A stretch of DNA of 64,000 nt from Eledone cirrhosa (Eukaryota). A model generated the notes under the pieces. That model was not told the origin of the DNA, did no database searches, and saw only the letters and a program-made list of their open reading frames with translations. Made by a program: the position numbers and the translations under genes. Below are positions 1 through 22,960 of this stretch, in pieces; the stretch's first letter is position 1, and the number at the start of each line of letters is the position of its first letter. The DNA is taken from NCBI GenBank assembly GCA_964016885.1, contig OZ024756.1, positions 10,478,001 to 10,542,000 on the forward strand, in the 5' to 3' direction.

Positions 1-50
1 TTTCAGGGTTATCACATTAAAAAATGTTATGCCCTCCTCAGACAAAACAC
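1..50 (-). ncRNA. Type I hammerhead motif, cut by window edge
   Basis: Minus strand reads GTTTTGT-CTGAGGA-GGGCATAACATTTTTTAATGTGATAACCCT-GAAA. Same family as 1395-1460. Confidence 0.6.
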
Positions 51-320
51 AATATAAACAGTCTTACAAATAGATAGATTTGACATACCTTTCAACTTCA
101 TCTTCCATTTAAAAAGTTGATTTGGTAGTGAAAAATGTTAGGGACAGTTATAAAAAGAAAGAAAGAAAGAAAGAAAAAAAGAAAGAAAGAAAAAACGAAG
201 AAAAAGAAGAAATGCATGCAACTAAATAGAGAGAGATATATATAGAGAGATAGATAGAGAGAGGAATTCATGTAAAGAAACAGAGAGAGATATATAGAGA
301 GAGGAAAAACACAGAGGGAT

Positions 321-361
<41 letters not shown>

Positions 362-1118
362 AAATAGAGAGAGATAGACAGAGATAGAGAGAAAGAAAAT
401 AGGTAGTTGGGCACCAGTTGAATGACGTATCAATGATATATTTATTTATTTATTTATTCATTTAGTTCTAGTATTAATATAGAGAGAGATATATGTGGTT
501 AGGAGAGAAAACAGCCGTTACATAGAGAGAAAAGAAAAATATCCAGACATAAACGAGGCAGATTTAAAACATTATGTTTCATCAATGTAAAAATATAAAT
601 TCGTATGAATCAGGCATTATAATGTAAATATCAGTATTCATGAATGAGACACGTATCAATAATGTGTGAAAAATAATGATCATATGTCTAGTTTAAAAAT
701 TCCTAGGTTTATATTAGAGTTGAGATAAAATAGGTTATCCCAGATTCGATACTATAGACATCCATGTGAATTTACGTGATCAACTCTGCAAATTCCTATT
801 TCACACGAAAACATTCTCATTGTGCTATAAAATTCTAGTATACATATATGTGTACATACACACAAATATATATAGAGTCTACATTAATTTTAACAATACT
901 ATTCTTGTCTTTACTCTACATGATTATCGTTCAAGCATAAATAAAAAACAGATATCAATATATCAATAAAAATATCAGAAATAAAAAATAAAAAAATATA
1001 AAAATATTAAAAATAAAAATATTAAAAATATTAAAAATATTAAAAATAAAAAATAAAACATAGTATGCCCCGCAAATCAACCACAGAGATCAACCCTTCA
1101 AGGTTAATTGACAATATA
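1..1118 (-). mobile_element. Non-coding HHR-bearing PLE-associated repeat, family 1, copy A (runs off window start)
   Basis: Collinear similarity with 3894-5163 and 35808-37245 (shared blocks such as ACATGATTATCGTTCAAGCATA and ATCAACCCTTCAA..TTAATTGACAATATATT). HHR core at the left end. Confidence 0.75.
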
Positions 1119-1592
1119 TTTTCTTTCTTTCCTCCTGTCTTTATTTATCTCTCTCTTTTTTCTCCATGCATTTCTCTCTCTCCGATATTTCTCCACGTTT
1201 TTTCTTTTTCTTTTTTCTCTCCCTCCGTCTTTTTTCTTTCTCTCCGTCTTTTTTTAATTGTCCTTAACACTAAGACTTATTAAAATAATATTAAAATAAT
1301 ATAAACAATTGACTGCTAGCGTAAACCTCTTCAAATGAAGTTGATGTTTATTACGGTATGTCGAATATATTTATCTATAAAACTGTTTATATTGTATTTT
1401 GTCTGATGAAGGCATAGCATATTGTTAATATGATATCCCCGAAATATATATAATGAAATAAATATGGTTTTATAAATATAGTTTTCCATTTATTTAATAT
1501 TGTAAATATACTCCAAATATTTGTCGAGTGCTTTTATATCAGTTATAAATATTTACTAGTTGTAACCCAACAATTTTAAATATAACTTTACA
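1119..1592 (+). mobile_element. Family 1 3' segment / pseudo-LTR plus ~90-nt tail, inverted relative to copy A
   Basis: Reverse-complement similarity to 35810-36100. The distal ~90 nt match 35642-35730 and the reverse complement of 32050-32145. Confidence 0.7.
1395..1460 (+). ncRNA. Minimal type I hammerhead ribozyme
   Basis: TATTTTGT-CTGATGA-(stem II GGCATAGCATATT gtt AATATGATATCC)-GAAA-TATATA-TA-ATGAAATA. Stem I pairs with two G-U; stem III is palindromic. Confidence 0.75.
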
Positions 1593-3893
<2,301 letters not shown>

Positions 3894-5163
3894 ATAATAT
3901 TAAATAAATGGAAACTATATTTATAAAACCATATATATTTCAGGGATAACATATTAACAATATGCTATGCCTTCCTCAGACAAAATACAATATAAACAGT
4001 TTTATAGATAAATAGATTCGACATACCGTACCAACATCTACTTGCATTTGAGAAGGTTGATTTGGTTGTGACAAAATTGTACACAGAGAGAAAGAAAGAG
4101 AGAGAGAAAGAGAGAAAAAAGGAAAGAAAGACAGAAAACGAAGAAAAAGAAAAAGAAGAAATGCATGGAACAAAATAGAGAGATGGAAAGATAGATAAAG
4201 AGAAGAACTTCATGTAAAGAAACAGAAAGAGATATATATATATAGAGAGAGAGGAAATAGAGATAGATACATATATAGAAAGCTAGGTAGTGGAACGACT
4301 GTTGAATAACGTATCAATGATACATTTATTTGTTTATTTATTTATTTAGCTCTAGTATTAATGTAAGGGAGATATATGGAGGGAAAACCAGCTGTTAAAT
4401 AGGGAGAGAAAAATATAGAGAGAGAAAAAAGAGAGAGAGAAAATTCAAAAACATCCAGACACAAGCGAGGCGTACAAACCTCTGTTTTAATGTAGAGGTA
4501 TTAGTAATTACAAAACCAGCCTCTGCATTGTAAATATCAGTATTCCTGAATGAGATATGTATCCACAATGTGTGAAAATTAATGATCTTATGTTTAGTTT
4601 TTTAAAAAATTCATATGTTTATGTGATAATTACAAACATCTATGTGAATGTACATGATCAATTCTGCAAACCCTAAGTTCACGGAAAGTATTCTCAATGC
4701 GGTATAAAAATTTAAGTATACATATATGTGTATATAGAGTCAATATTACTATTTCTGTCTCTACTCTACAAGATTATCTATCAAGCAAAGATAGAGCAGA
4801 TTTCAATATACTAATAAAAATAAAAATAAAAAATAAAAATATATCGGAAACAAAACTAAACTAAAATAACAATAATAATAATAAGTAATAATAAAATAGA
4901 AAACTAAGAAATATTACGAAAGAGTATTACATATTAAAAATATTACATATTAAAAAATTTACATATTAAAAATATAAAAAATAAAAAATTAGGAAATACT
5001 ACAGTAATAAAAATAAAATAAACCACAAAGATCAACCCTTCAAAATTAATTGACAATATATTGCCAAGTTCATTATAAACATCAGAGTCGAAAAACAGAT
5101 AAAGCCAAAAATTATCTATCAAATCGCATCTAGCAAAGATCATTTCAAAAAGTATAGGATGCC
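3894..5163 (-). mobile_element. Family 1 non-coding repeat, copy B
   Basis: Collinear with copies A and C, and flanked by TA arrays on both sides. Confidence 0.75.
3931..3987 (-). ncRNA. Defective hammerhead motif (3' strand of stem I deleted)
   Basis: TATTTTGT-CTGAGGA-AGGCATAGCATATTGTTAATATGTTATCCCT-GAAA-TATATAT runs directly into GGTTTT. The AATGAAATAAATAT present in sister copies is missing. Confidence 0.6.
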
Positions 5164-5165
5164 CA

Positions 5166-7418
<2,253 letters not shown>

Positions 7419-7615
7419 GTAGATAAATCTACCAAGAGTTTACGGTAGTGTCCAATCCGTATGAAGAACTCAATGTAATCCGGATATCATGGAAAGAAGA
7501 GATGCAATGAAAAATCACTTTCGGTGAAAGATAAACGGAATACAGAGTCAAGATAAAATATTAAAAAAATAATGAATAAAACAATGAAACAGTTCCTTAT
7601 ATTAAACAAAAAAAG

Positions 7616-7770
7616 TTCATTATTTAACGATCGTTTCTAGGATATATATGTGTTAGAATTGGCATGCATATTCAACAGATCTATGTACAAAATTATACAA
7701 AATTATACAAACTATCAAAATTAAATATACATACCAAACACATATATATGCCGTCTTCAGAAATAATGAA
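7616..7770 (-). ncRNA. Hammerhead ribozyme with ~116-nt extended stem II
   Basis: Reverse complement of 15990-16144. Confidence 0.75.
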
Positions 7771-8375
7771 ATATATTTATTGATAATAACAACAATTCAA
7801 AATTTCAGGTCTGTTTGGGAACAGAATTCAAATTGACCAATGAAAATACAAAAAGTTTATGCAGTTAGGTGTGTGTATATATGTAATTAACTTCGTTCAC
7901 AGATATGCATAAAGATATGTGTTCACATGCATACGCATGCCAAAAAGATGTATGTAAATACAAAAATTCAAGGCTAATGTCTCTGTAAGTTTATAATCTA
8001 CAGATAAAATGCGTATAGATACATAATTATGAAATAAATATATACACACATTCATATACTCACACATATTCGTACATTCACACACACACGCGCGTATACG
8101 CATAAACATACACATAACTACGAACATACATACATACATACACCCCCACACACATATATATGTGTATATACTGTTATCATAAGCATATGGACATTAATAC
8201 ACGCACATAAACACTGCCACACATATCTAGATCCAGATACAGAAATTAGGTGGGGGGGGGGAGGTCAGTATTCAACGGTGTCAGCAGACTGCCTATTTAT
8301 AAATGTATCTATAAACTTAGAAATAAAAAGAAAAAGAAAAAGAAAAAGAAAAAAGAAATATATCAAGAAAATATA

Positions 8376-8426
<51 letters not shown>

Positions 8427-8781
8427 ACACACACACACACACACATATACATATACATATATATATATACACACATATATACACACATATATACATATAT
8501 ATATACACACACACATATATACACATACATACACACACATATATATATACAAACAAGTAAAATATAAAATATACATCGATATACATACATATACACATAT
8601 ATATATATACACACACATACACACACATACATATACATACATATACATACACATATATACAAACACATACATACACATACATATACATACACATACCATA
8701 TAAATACACATACACATACACACACGCATACATATAGAGACACATATATACACATATAAATACATAGACATATACACACAT

Positions 8782-8817
<36 letters not shown>

Positions 8818-9042
8818 TCACAACACACGTATATATATACACACACACATATATACATATATATACATATATATATATACACATATATACATATATATAT
8901 ATATATACACAGACACATCTACACACATATATATATAGATAAACACACTCATATATATACACACAAACACATACATACCCACATATAAATATATATATAT
9001 ATATATATATACATACACACACACACGCATACACATATACAC

Positions 9043-9074
<32 letters not shown>

Positions 9075-9082
9075 ATATATGC

Positions 9083-9113
<31 letters not shown>

Positions 9114-9239
9114 TACATATACACACACACATACACATATACACACACACATACACATACATACACATACACATATATAAAGATATATATACACACACAC
9201 ACACATATAATAAATATATATATATATATATATATATAG

Positions 9240-9284
<45 letters not shown>

Positions 9285-9604
9285 CATATATACACACATA
9301 CATAGATACACACACACATACATACACACACATACATACTCATACATAGACATAGATATATACTCACACACACATACACACTTACATATACGCATATATA
9401 CAAATACATACACATCCATATATGCGTATATACTTACAAACACCACTACACGCTCACACAACTCAGACATACAAAGAAAAAGGTATATACATACATATAT
9501 ATACATATATAAATATATACACACGTACACACATAAACACACATACATACACATACATACACACATACATATATATATACACACACACAAACACACACAT
9601 ATAC

Positions 9605-9705
<101 letters not shown>

Positions 9706-9918
9706 TACATACATACATACACATACATATATATAAAAAAATAAAGAAATAAGATAAATAAAAAAATAAATAAATTAATACACACAGTCAGACAAAAATG
9801 CACGCACATACATATACATATACATACATACACACACACATATATATACACATATATACATACACATACATATACATACACATACACATACATATAAATA
9901 CATATACACACATCAACT

Positions 9919-9959
<41 letters not shown>

Positions 9960-9982
9960 TATATATATATATTATAATAATA

Positions 9983-10026
<44 letters not shown>

Positions 10027-10194
10027 TCACATATATATGCGCACATACGTACACATATACACATACACACATATACACATAGACATATACATGTGCATAC
10101 ATGTACATACACACATATACCCACATAGATACATAGATACACATATATATAGAGACATACATATACACATACATATATACACACACATATACAC

Positions 10195-10239
<45 letters not shown>

Positions 10240-11412
10240 ATCATACACCCTTATTTGCATGCGCATATATGTATTTTTATACTCACATATAAACACCCAA
10301 ACATACATACCTACCTACATATACATACATACATCCACGCTTACAAATACAAATAATAATAGTAGGGGGGGGGGGGAAGGTGATTATAGTAAATATATGT
10401 TTCATAGAATATTAATCTGCATTTAGATCATAATATGTGTTTACATAGTTTCAGTATTAGGAAATGTAAGAAAGAAGGCAAAACTATGCATTTCAATATA
10501 AGTATACCATTAATTATAGGTTAACTAAACTAAAGATAGTTAATATATTGATTTCTAAGGTGTATACTACTTAGGTTTATAATATTTGAAGCAGAATTTT
10601 GAAGTTAAATAGTGGTAGAGTATTAATTATAGTATAACTAAATTAAAATTATTAACGTTATGGTATCAATAATAGGAAATGAATTTAGTAATAGGGAAAA
10701 AACAAATAAAGTATTACATCGGTAGTAGAATATAAATTATAGGTTAACTAAATTAAAAATTATATATTAATTTCTATAGTATATGTTAATTAGGTATATA
10801 ATAATTAAAACAGATATTGTATTTTATCTATAGTAGAATATAATTATAGGTAAACAGAAATTAAAATTAATACATACACATATACATATACATATATATA
10901 TACATATATATATATACATACACATACATATATATACATACACATACATATTTTTTCAAAAATTGCAAAGAATATATTAACTAGGTATACATCCAAAACC
11001 TATCTCATTCTATGATTACATGACACTCTGCAATCCATCTGTATTAGGATACTAATTTTAAGCCAATTAAATTAAATTTTTAGGTTGACCAAATTTAAAA
11101 CCAAATTATAAATATATTTCTAAAATGTACATTAATTAGGTCTATAATACTAAAAATTATTTCTCTGTCATTGAATACACGATATTTTGTTATATTTTAT
11201 CTGTAAAGGAATTTTAATAAAAGGTTAAATAAATTAAAATTAATCTATAAATTAAATTACTAAGTATATATTAGTAATATTTAAAAGTTTTTCACAATTT
11301 ATGATTACACAATATTTTATAATCTCATCTGTAGTAGAATTTTAATTAAATTAAATTTATAGGTTAACTAACATTTAAATTAAATTATATATTAATTTCT
11401 AAAATAATGTTA

Positions 11413-13772
11413 TTAATTAGGTTTATAATATTTAAATGTTTTTCTTAGTTTATGATTACACGATATAATTAATTCCTGTCGTTTATTTAATAGGATATCC
11501 TTAGATTTCATTATTTCAAATAGTTCTTGGGAACATAATCTACATTCATTTCTATTATTTTGATAAGGGGTGGCTCTTTTGAGCACACTCCAGGTCAAAT
11601 CATATTCTATATTCTTATTTTTATAACTATTGATTTTTTTCTGCTAGAGATGTTGTATTAGCCAGTGCGGCATTTTTAAAACTATGTTTGTGGGTATTAA
11701 ACCTTGTCTTAAAATTGTTAGAAGTAGCTCCTATATATGAGCAAATAGAATCTTTAGTTTTAACATTACATTTATAAACTATGTTGTTAACAAGACAATT
11801 TCCTTTTAATGGGCAGTTTGCTTTGTTTCTACAGTTACAACCTTTCGTTAATTCTGTATTTGAGGAGATATTATGGTTAGTTTGATGTATTGGTGGTATA
11901 CTTATGGTTTTCTTACATTTATATGCATTATAGGCACTTATATTTTGTTTTATGTTATTTGTTGTTGAGTATGAGAATTTAACTGTAGACCTATTTAAGA
12001 TTTGATGGTATTTGTGGTTTGGCGGGAAGTTTTTCTCTAGGATATAAAAAATTTTTTTAGCAATATTATCCTTAATTTGTAAATTAAATGGAGCATTATA
12101 CCAAGTAACCCGTCTATTACGGTTTCTATGTTGTTTATTATTTTTATAGGTTGTATCGTGATGTTTACTAGGAGGATTAATGTTAATGATCTCACCACAC
12201 ACATTTTTAGTTATATTTGTAGATTTAGGTGTTTTATCTTGTTTATTAGGAGTTTTATTATTAACATTTATTAGAGTTGTATGATGAGTAGTTTTTTGAG
12301 AGTTACTATACTTTATATTAGAAGATTTGGTATTTTGGGGTATAGTGTGGGTGGCATTTAGGTGTGTACTTTTCATTTGGTGTTTGTTGGTAATATTAGG
12401 TTGTATGTTTTTAGTATTTTTAGTAGAAGGTATATATTCTAATCTATTTTTGTGGCCACTTCTATCTAGAGCTTCGTTATAGAAGGTCGCATTTTTATCA
12501 AATACATCTTGGATAGAAAAGAAAGGTTAGAAATTCTAAGTGATATATTATATGCAAGGTTTTTAAGGATAGATTTAGGGTGATTAGATTGTGAGTGTAT
12601 GTAATGTAAGTTTTGGTTGGGTTTATGGTAAGGTTGGTAGATACCCGTAGCTAAGTCTAAAGTTATATCTAGGAAATTTACTACTTTACTTGTTTTTTCA
12701 AAAGTAATATGAAGACTATAATAGTCTTTAAGGAAAGTTCTAATATGCTTTTTGTTTTTTTCTATTTCTGAAAGGCTAAGGTTGTTGGAAAGAAGAAGAC
12801 AGTCATCACGATATAAACCACCTTTAAGGTGGGGAAAGGAGGCATTTATGTTGAAAAGGAGAAAGAGGCCCACAAGATCAGTAATTTGTGCGGAATCGCT
12901 TGAACCCATAGTAATATCAAATAGATTACTATATGTGTTTCTGGTCCAGTATTCATTCTGAAATTCAATAAGTGTTAGTCTAGCATGTGTAATAATATTA
13001 ATGTCATCCAAAGTTAAGTTAGATCTATTTTTAGCAAATATCAATGCTTTGTTCAGGAGTATAGGTGATATAGAAGAATAGTAATTATCTATATCAAATT
13101 GTAGAAATGAAGCAGAAGATTTACATCTAATATTTTTAAACCAGTTAATTACCTGGGAAGTGTTTTCCCAGAGTGGTAAAATAACGTGTTTTCTTATTTG
13201 TGGGATGACTCTATCCAAAATTTTTTTGCTAATTATTCCAATATCAGATTTGGAGGGACATATAAGTCTTATAGAAGGATTTGAGTTAAAGTTTGATTTA
13301 TGATCCTTCAGGTTGAAGTGTGGTCTTTTCAATGCCAAAGGTTCAGTTCTATCTTCAATGTTTAGTTTTTTTACTATGTTGTGTGTTTTGTTGTTGATGT
13401 TGGTGAGTGACGCATTATTAGATTTTTTATAATTTTTCCTGAGTTCTTTATATATGAACTCATTATAATCTTCAATATCCATGTGATACAAGTTACCAGT
13501 TTTGTCCGAGTGGACATGGATTTTTTTAGACTTTTTTAGGTCCAATAGGGTAGAATCAAGGTCCTTTTGAAAGACGGATTTATACTTTTTAAATTTGAGG
13601 TGTTTAATTAAATTAAAAAGGTCTTTCTCAAAGTCTTCAAGTAAAGAGTTGTGTGGTGGATTCTTGTAAGTATTGAAATCATACATATATTTCCTATCTG
13701 CATATTTAGATTTTTTATCGAAGTGGTAGGCCCTCCATCTAACCCTTCTGATAAATTGGTTAGTTTTTTGAA
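11413..13772 (-). pseudogene. PLE reverse transcriptase + GIY-YIG endonuclease, N-terminally clipped, two frameshifts (~12520, ~11635)
   Basis: IRRVRWRAYHF, SDKTGNLY, LKDHK..F...PSIRLICPSKSDIG, FDIDNYYSSI (motif A), ITMGSSDSAQITDLVG (B'), GGLYRDD (C), VNFLDITL, WYNAPF, CNCRNKANCPL, NIVYKC..YIGAT..FKTRF..H, CRLCSQE..CNH. Confidence 0.92.
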
Positions 13773-14038
13773 TAACAAGATAAAACACCTAAATCTACAA
13801 ATATAACTAAAAATGTGTGTGGTGAGATCATTAACATTAATCCTCCTAGTAAACATCACGATACAACCTATAAAAATAATAAACAACATAGAAACCGTAA
13901 TAGACGGGTTACTTGGTATAATGCTCAATTTAATTTACAAATTAAGGATAATATTGCTAAAAAATTTTTTTATATCCTAGAGAAAAACTTCCCGCCAAAC
14001 CACAAATACCATCAAATCTTAAATAGGTCTACAGTTAA

Positions 14039-14069
<31 letters not shown>

Positions 14070-14455
14070 TGTATATGTGTGTGTTTGTGTGTGTGTATAT
14101 ATATATGTATGTGTGTATGTATGTGTGTTTATGTGTGTACGTGTGTATATATTTATATATGTATATGTATCTCTATTTATATATGTATATATATGTATGT
14201 ATATACCTTTTTCTTTGTATGTCTGAGTTGTGTGAGCGTGTAGTGGTGTTTGTAAGTATATACGCATATATGGATGTGTATGTATTTGTATATATGCGTA
14301 TATGTAAGTGTGTATGTGTGTGTGAGTATATATCTATGTCTATGTATGAGTATGTATGTGTGTGTATGTATGTGTGTGTGTATCTATGTATGTGTGTATA
14401 TATGTATGTGTATATATATATATATATAAAATATATATATATATGTATATATATG

Positions 14456-14491
<36 letters not shown>

Positions 14492-14592
14492 TTTATTATA
14501 TGTGTGTGTGTGTGTATATATATCTTTATATATGTGTATGTGTATGTATGTGTATGTGTGTGTGTGTATATGTGTATCTGTGTGTATATGTA

Positions 14593-14623
<31 letters not shown>

Positions 14624-14631
14624 GCATATAT

Positions 14632-14663
<32 letters not shown>

Positions 14664-14694
14664 GTGTATATGTGTATGCGTGTGTGTGTGTATG

Positions 14695-14725
<31 letters not shown>

Positions 14726-14798
14726 GTGGGTATGTATGTGTTTGTGTGTATATATATGAGTGTGTTTTTATATATATATATATGTGTGTAGATGTGTC

Positions 14799-14831
<33 letters not shown>

Positions 14832-14894
14832 GTATATATATATATGTATATATATGTATATATGTGTGTGTGTATATATATACGTGTGTTGTGA

Positions 14895-14931
<37 letters not shown>

Positions 14932-15284
14932 CGTGTATGTGTATATATGTGTAAAAATATATATATATATATATGTGTGTGTATGTGTGTATATGTCTCT
15001 GTATTTATATGTGTATATATATGTGTCTCTATATGTATGCGTGTGTGTATGTGTATGTGTATTTATATGGTATGTGTATGTATATGTATGTGTATGTATG
15101 TGTTTGTATATATGTGTATGTATATGTATGTATATGTATGTGTGTGTATGTGTGTGTATATATATATATGTGTATATGTATGTATATCGATGTATATTTT
15201 ATATTTTACTTGTTTGTATATATATATGTGTGTGTATGTATGTGTATATATGTGTGTGTATATATATATGTATATATGTGTGTA

Positions 15285-15315
<31 letters not shown>

Positions 15316-15339
15316 GTATATGTATATGTGTGTGTGTGT

Positions 15340-15372
<33 letters not shown>

Positions 15373-16207
15373 GTATATATATTTTCTTGATATATTTCTT
15401 TTTTCTTTTTCTTTTTCTTTTTCTTTTCTTTTTATTTCTAAGTTTATAGATACATTTATAAATAGGCAGTCTGCTGACACCGTTGAATACTGACCTCTCC
15501 CCCCCCCCACCTAATTTCTGTATCTGGATCTAGATATGTGTGGAAGTGTTTATGTGCGTGTATTAATGTCCATATGCTTATGATAATAGTATATACACAT
15601 ATATATGTGTGTGGGGGTGTATGTGTGTATGTATGTTCGTAGTTATGTGTATGTTTATGCGTATACGCGCGTGTGTGTGTGAATGTACGAATATGTGTGA
15701 GTATATGAATGTGTGTATATATTTATTTTATAATTATGTATCTATACGCATTTTATCTGTAGATTATAAACTTACAGAGACATTAGCCTTGAATTTTTGT
15801 ATTTACATACATCTTTTTGGCATGCGTATGCATGTGAACACATATCTTTATGCATATCTGTGAACGAAGTTAATTACATATATACACACACCTAACTGCA
15901 TAAACTTTTTGTATTTTCATTGGTCAATTTGAATTCTGTTCCCAAACAGACCTGAAATTTTGAATTGTTGTTATTATCAATAAATATATTTCATTATTTC
16001 TGAAGACGGCATATATATGTGTTTGGTATGTATATTTAATTTTGATAGTTTGTATAATTTTGTATAATTTTGTACATAGATCTGTTGAATATGCATGCCA
16101 ATTCTAACACATATATATCCTAGAAACGATCGTTAAATAATGAACTTTTTTTGTTTAATATAAGGAACTGTTTCATTGTTTTATTCATTATTTTTTTAAT
16201 ATTTTAT
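13771..16207 (+). mobile_element. Inverted 3' copy (5' inverted pseudo-LTR) of the 7419-13772 PLE, with an internal ~2.3 kb deletion
   Basis: 13771-14040 is the reverse complement of ~11978-12247; 14041-16207 is the reverse complement of ~7554-9630. Near-identical. Confidence 0.92.
15990..16144 (+). ncRNA. Hammerhead ribozyme with ~116-nt extended stem II
   Basis: TTCATTATTT-CTGAAGA-(GGCATATATATGTGTT...AACACATATATATCC)-GAAA-CGATCG-TT-AAATAATGAA. Perfect 10-bp stem I and palindromic stem III. Confidence 0.75.
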
Positions 16208-17420
<1,213 letters not shown>

Positions 17421-18277
17421 CAGTATTTTCCGTTGTGTTGTAATATAAATATTACACACAGTAGATTATCAGCTCACGTAGAGTTTGCTCGACGGTTCCA
17501 GTTGTAGTTCCAAAAGTAATCCGGAGAAAAATAGAAAGATTTGAATGGATACAGTTTAGTTGAAAGGAATTTATTGACACGTGTTTCTATAACAGTTACA
17601 TAACCTAAAACAGCTATCTACAAACTTTTAGTTATGCAGACATTCAATATTTCAATGTTATTATTTACTGTCATTTCATCAGAATAATATTACTGAGGAC
17701 CTATTTAGTTTTTATAGAGAATATTAGGAGGAAGGGGTGAAGTTGTTAGAAGAATAGTTGAAGGAGTGGTTTTTCGATAGCAGTGAGAATTCTTGGTGGC
17801 AGTGATTAATTAGATTCCCATCTGTTGTTTTGACATTTTTATAGAATATATTATTGGTTATTTTTCTAAATCTATAGAAGGATTAGAGATAGTAAAGATA
17901 TGCGTGGTTGGTTTTGTGTTTGCACTTAACATTCAGACTTAAATTTTTCTTTCAAGTGTACGTATTCTTTCACCCACGCATTCACACACAAATATATTTG
18001 CACACCTCTACAAAAATACATATACTCACAATTCACATATTCATACTTACATATATATACACATGCATACACATATATATACACACATGTATTCATGTAC
18101 ATACATACGCGCTCATGTGTATACATTTTCATACTCAACTTATCTTTATATATACACACGTATAGACACACACATATATACATACATACTCTAGTCCATG
18201 TGTACACACATACACATACATACACATCCATATACACATACATACATACACATATATATATACATATATACATATAC

Positions 18278-18308
<31 letters not shown>

Positions 18309-18315
18309 CACATAC

Positions 18316-18364
<49 letters not shown>

Positions 18365-19317
18365 AGCACTTTAATACATGAATACACTTACATCTAACTA
18401 TACACATCAAACATATATATATATTTACTTATTTATATACATTTTCACATATATATACACATACTTATGGACGTTTTTAGACACATTCATTATCGCATAT
18501 TTGTACCTATTCTCATCAGCATATCTTTTCATTATTAGTATGGTAATTTAAGGTTATTAATATATGTTGAAAAGAGATTGTTTTTATATTTTTCTAACTA
18601 GATTAAGGTTTATATAGTTGGGGGATGTCCCTCTTTTATGTAATATTCGGCTTGTAGTGGGAAAAAAGGGTTTTAGTTCTGTGACGGCAGAATAATGTTC
18701 GTTCAATTCTGTTATTCAGCAGTTTCTTCTTGTGTGTGATTATGTAATAAATCTCAAGATTACACAATTTGCAGAAATTTTGGCTCCTGGAAAAGCTTTG
18801 GGTTTTAGCTAATTTTTCCCATTTTAGGGTAAACTTTTGATTGCTATCCCTGAGCGTCCAAGCTTTCTCTGCTAAAGTTGTTACATTTCTTTGGCTCTGG
18901 TGTTTTATTGAGTAAGAATGCCTATACAATCGAGATTTAAACGATGTTGCCGTTGATCCCACGTAATACCACTCGTTGCCTCCGGATTTAATGGTACACT
19001 TATAAATAATATTTTTTTCCAGGCAGTTATTGCCGAGGGGGCAGTTGTCAGGATAGGTGCAGTTACAGTTGTGTACGTTGGGTTTTCTCTGGAGTAGTAT
19101 TGCGGACGAACTTAGGTGTGGTTTATTTATGTTCTGTAGTGTATTGTCTACTGTTTTTTGGGGGTTCTTTGTACTTAAGTTCTTAGTGTTTTCGTTTAAC
19201 CTTCTAGTATTGATCTTTTTTATGTGTTGTTCAAGGTTTAACGCTGTAGAGTATGACAGTCTTATAGTGGTAGGGTTTAGGATTTTGTGGTATTTGTGTG
19301 ATTTTGTGGTATTTGTG
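17421..19317 (-). mobile_element. 5'-truncated PLE (Hydra-clade-like): GIY-YIG domain, 3' UTR and pseudo-LTR
   Basis: Frame 19317-18636: HKYHKILN..TIRLSYST, CNCTYPDNCPL, NIIYKC..YVGST..FKSRL..H, CKLCNLE..CRH. HHR at 17571-17687. Confidence 0.9.
17571..17687 (-). ncRNA. Hammerhead ribozyme with ~88-nt extended stem II
   Basis: Reverse complement of 19443-19559. Confidence 0.8.
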
Positions 19318-19599
19318 TAATTAATCACAGCCACCAAGAATTCTCACTGCTATCGAAAAACCACTCCTTCAACTATTCTTCTAACAACTTCACCCCTTCC
19401 TCCTAATATTCTCTATAAAAACTAAATAGGTCCTCAGTAATATTATTCTGATGAAATGACAGTAAATAATAACATTGAAATATTGAATGTCTGCATAACT
19501 AAAAGTTTGTAGATAGCGGTTTTAGGTTATGTAACTGTTATAGAAACACGTGTCAATAAATTCCTTTCAACTAAACTGTATCCATTCAAATCTTTCTAT
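19318..19599 (+). mobile_element. Inverted pseudo-LTR of the 17421-19317 PLE
   Basis: Near-exact reverse complement of 17531-17812. Confidence 0.92.
19443..19559 (+). ncRNA. Hammerhead ribozyme with ~88-nt extended stem II
   Basis: TTATT-CTGATGA-(ATGACAGT...ACTGTTAT)-GAAA-CACGTG-TC-AATAA. Canonical core, GUC triplet, palindromic stem III. Confidence 0.8.
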
Positions 19600-22481
<2,882 letters not shown>

Positions 22482-22607
22482 TATGAATATAGACATAGAA
22501 TATTCGAAAATATTCTGTATGTTTATAATAAACATTTTGAAGACCTAATCGCTATAGAATAGAATACGTCACGTATTACAATTAGATTCTCGATAAAAGC
22601 AAGGGAA

Positions 22608-22650
22608 GTAATCTACGCGTTTCATTCTCGTAAGAAATCATCAGGACTAC
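22608..22650 (-). ncRNA. Type I hammerhead ribozyme (unit 1)
   Basis: GTAGTC-CTGATGA-T-TTCT-TACG-AGAA-T-GAAA-CGCG-TA-GATTAC. Stem I is extended by the 16-bp pair 22586-22601/22659-22674. Confidence 0.88.
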
Positions 22651-22917
22651 ATATCCAGTGCTTTTATCGAGAATGACACAGCTAGAGACTTATAGAATAC
22701 TTAGCTGTGTACAGGAACTGGTTTGAAAGAGCGGTTGCCGGTCCGGCAGAAATTAGAAATTGGAATAAATGCTCTGAAATAGCGATATATATGTGAATAT
22801 AGACATAGAATATTCGAAAATATTCTGTATGTTTATAATAAACATTTTGAAGACCTAATCGCTATAGAATAGAATACGTCACGTATTACAATTAGATTCT
22901 CGATAAAAGCAAGGGAA

Positions 22918-22960
22918 GTAATCTACGCGTTTCATTCTCGTAAGAAATCATCAGGACTAC
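22918..22960 (-). ncRNA. Type I hammerhead ribozyme (unit 2)
   Basis: Same sequence as unit 1, shifted by 310. Confidence 0.88.

Noticed and set aside
14035-14045. The deletion in the inverted PLE copy as a spliced intron
   Set aside because: The skipped segment begins TCTC rather than GT and ends in a TA tract; a template switch or deletion is more likely.
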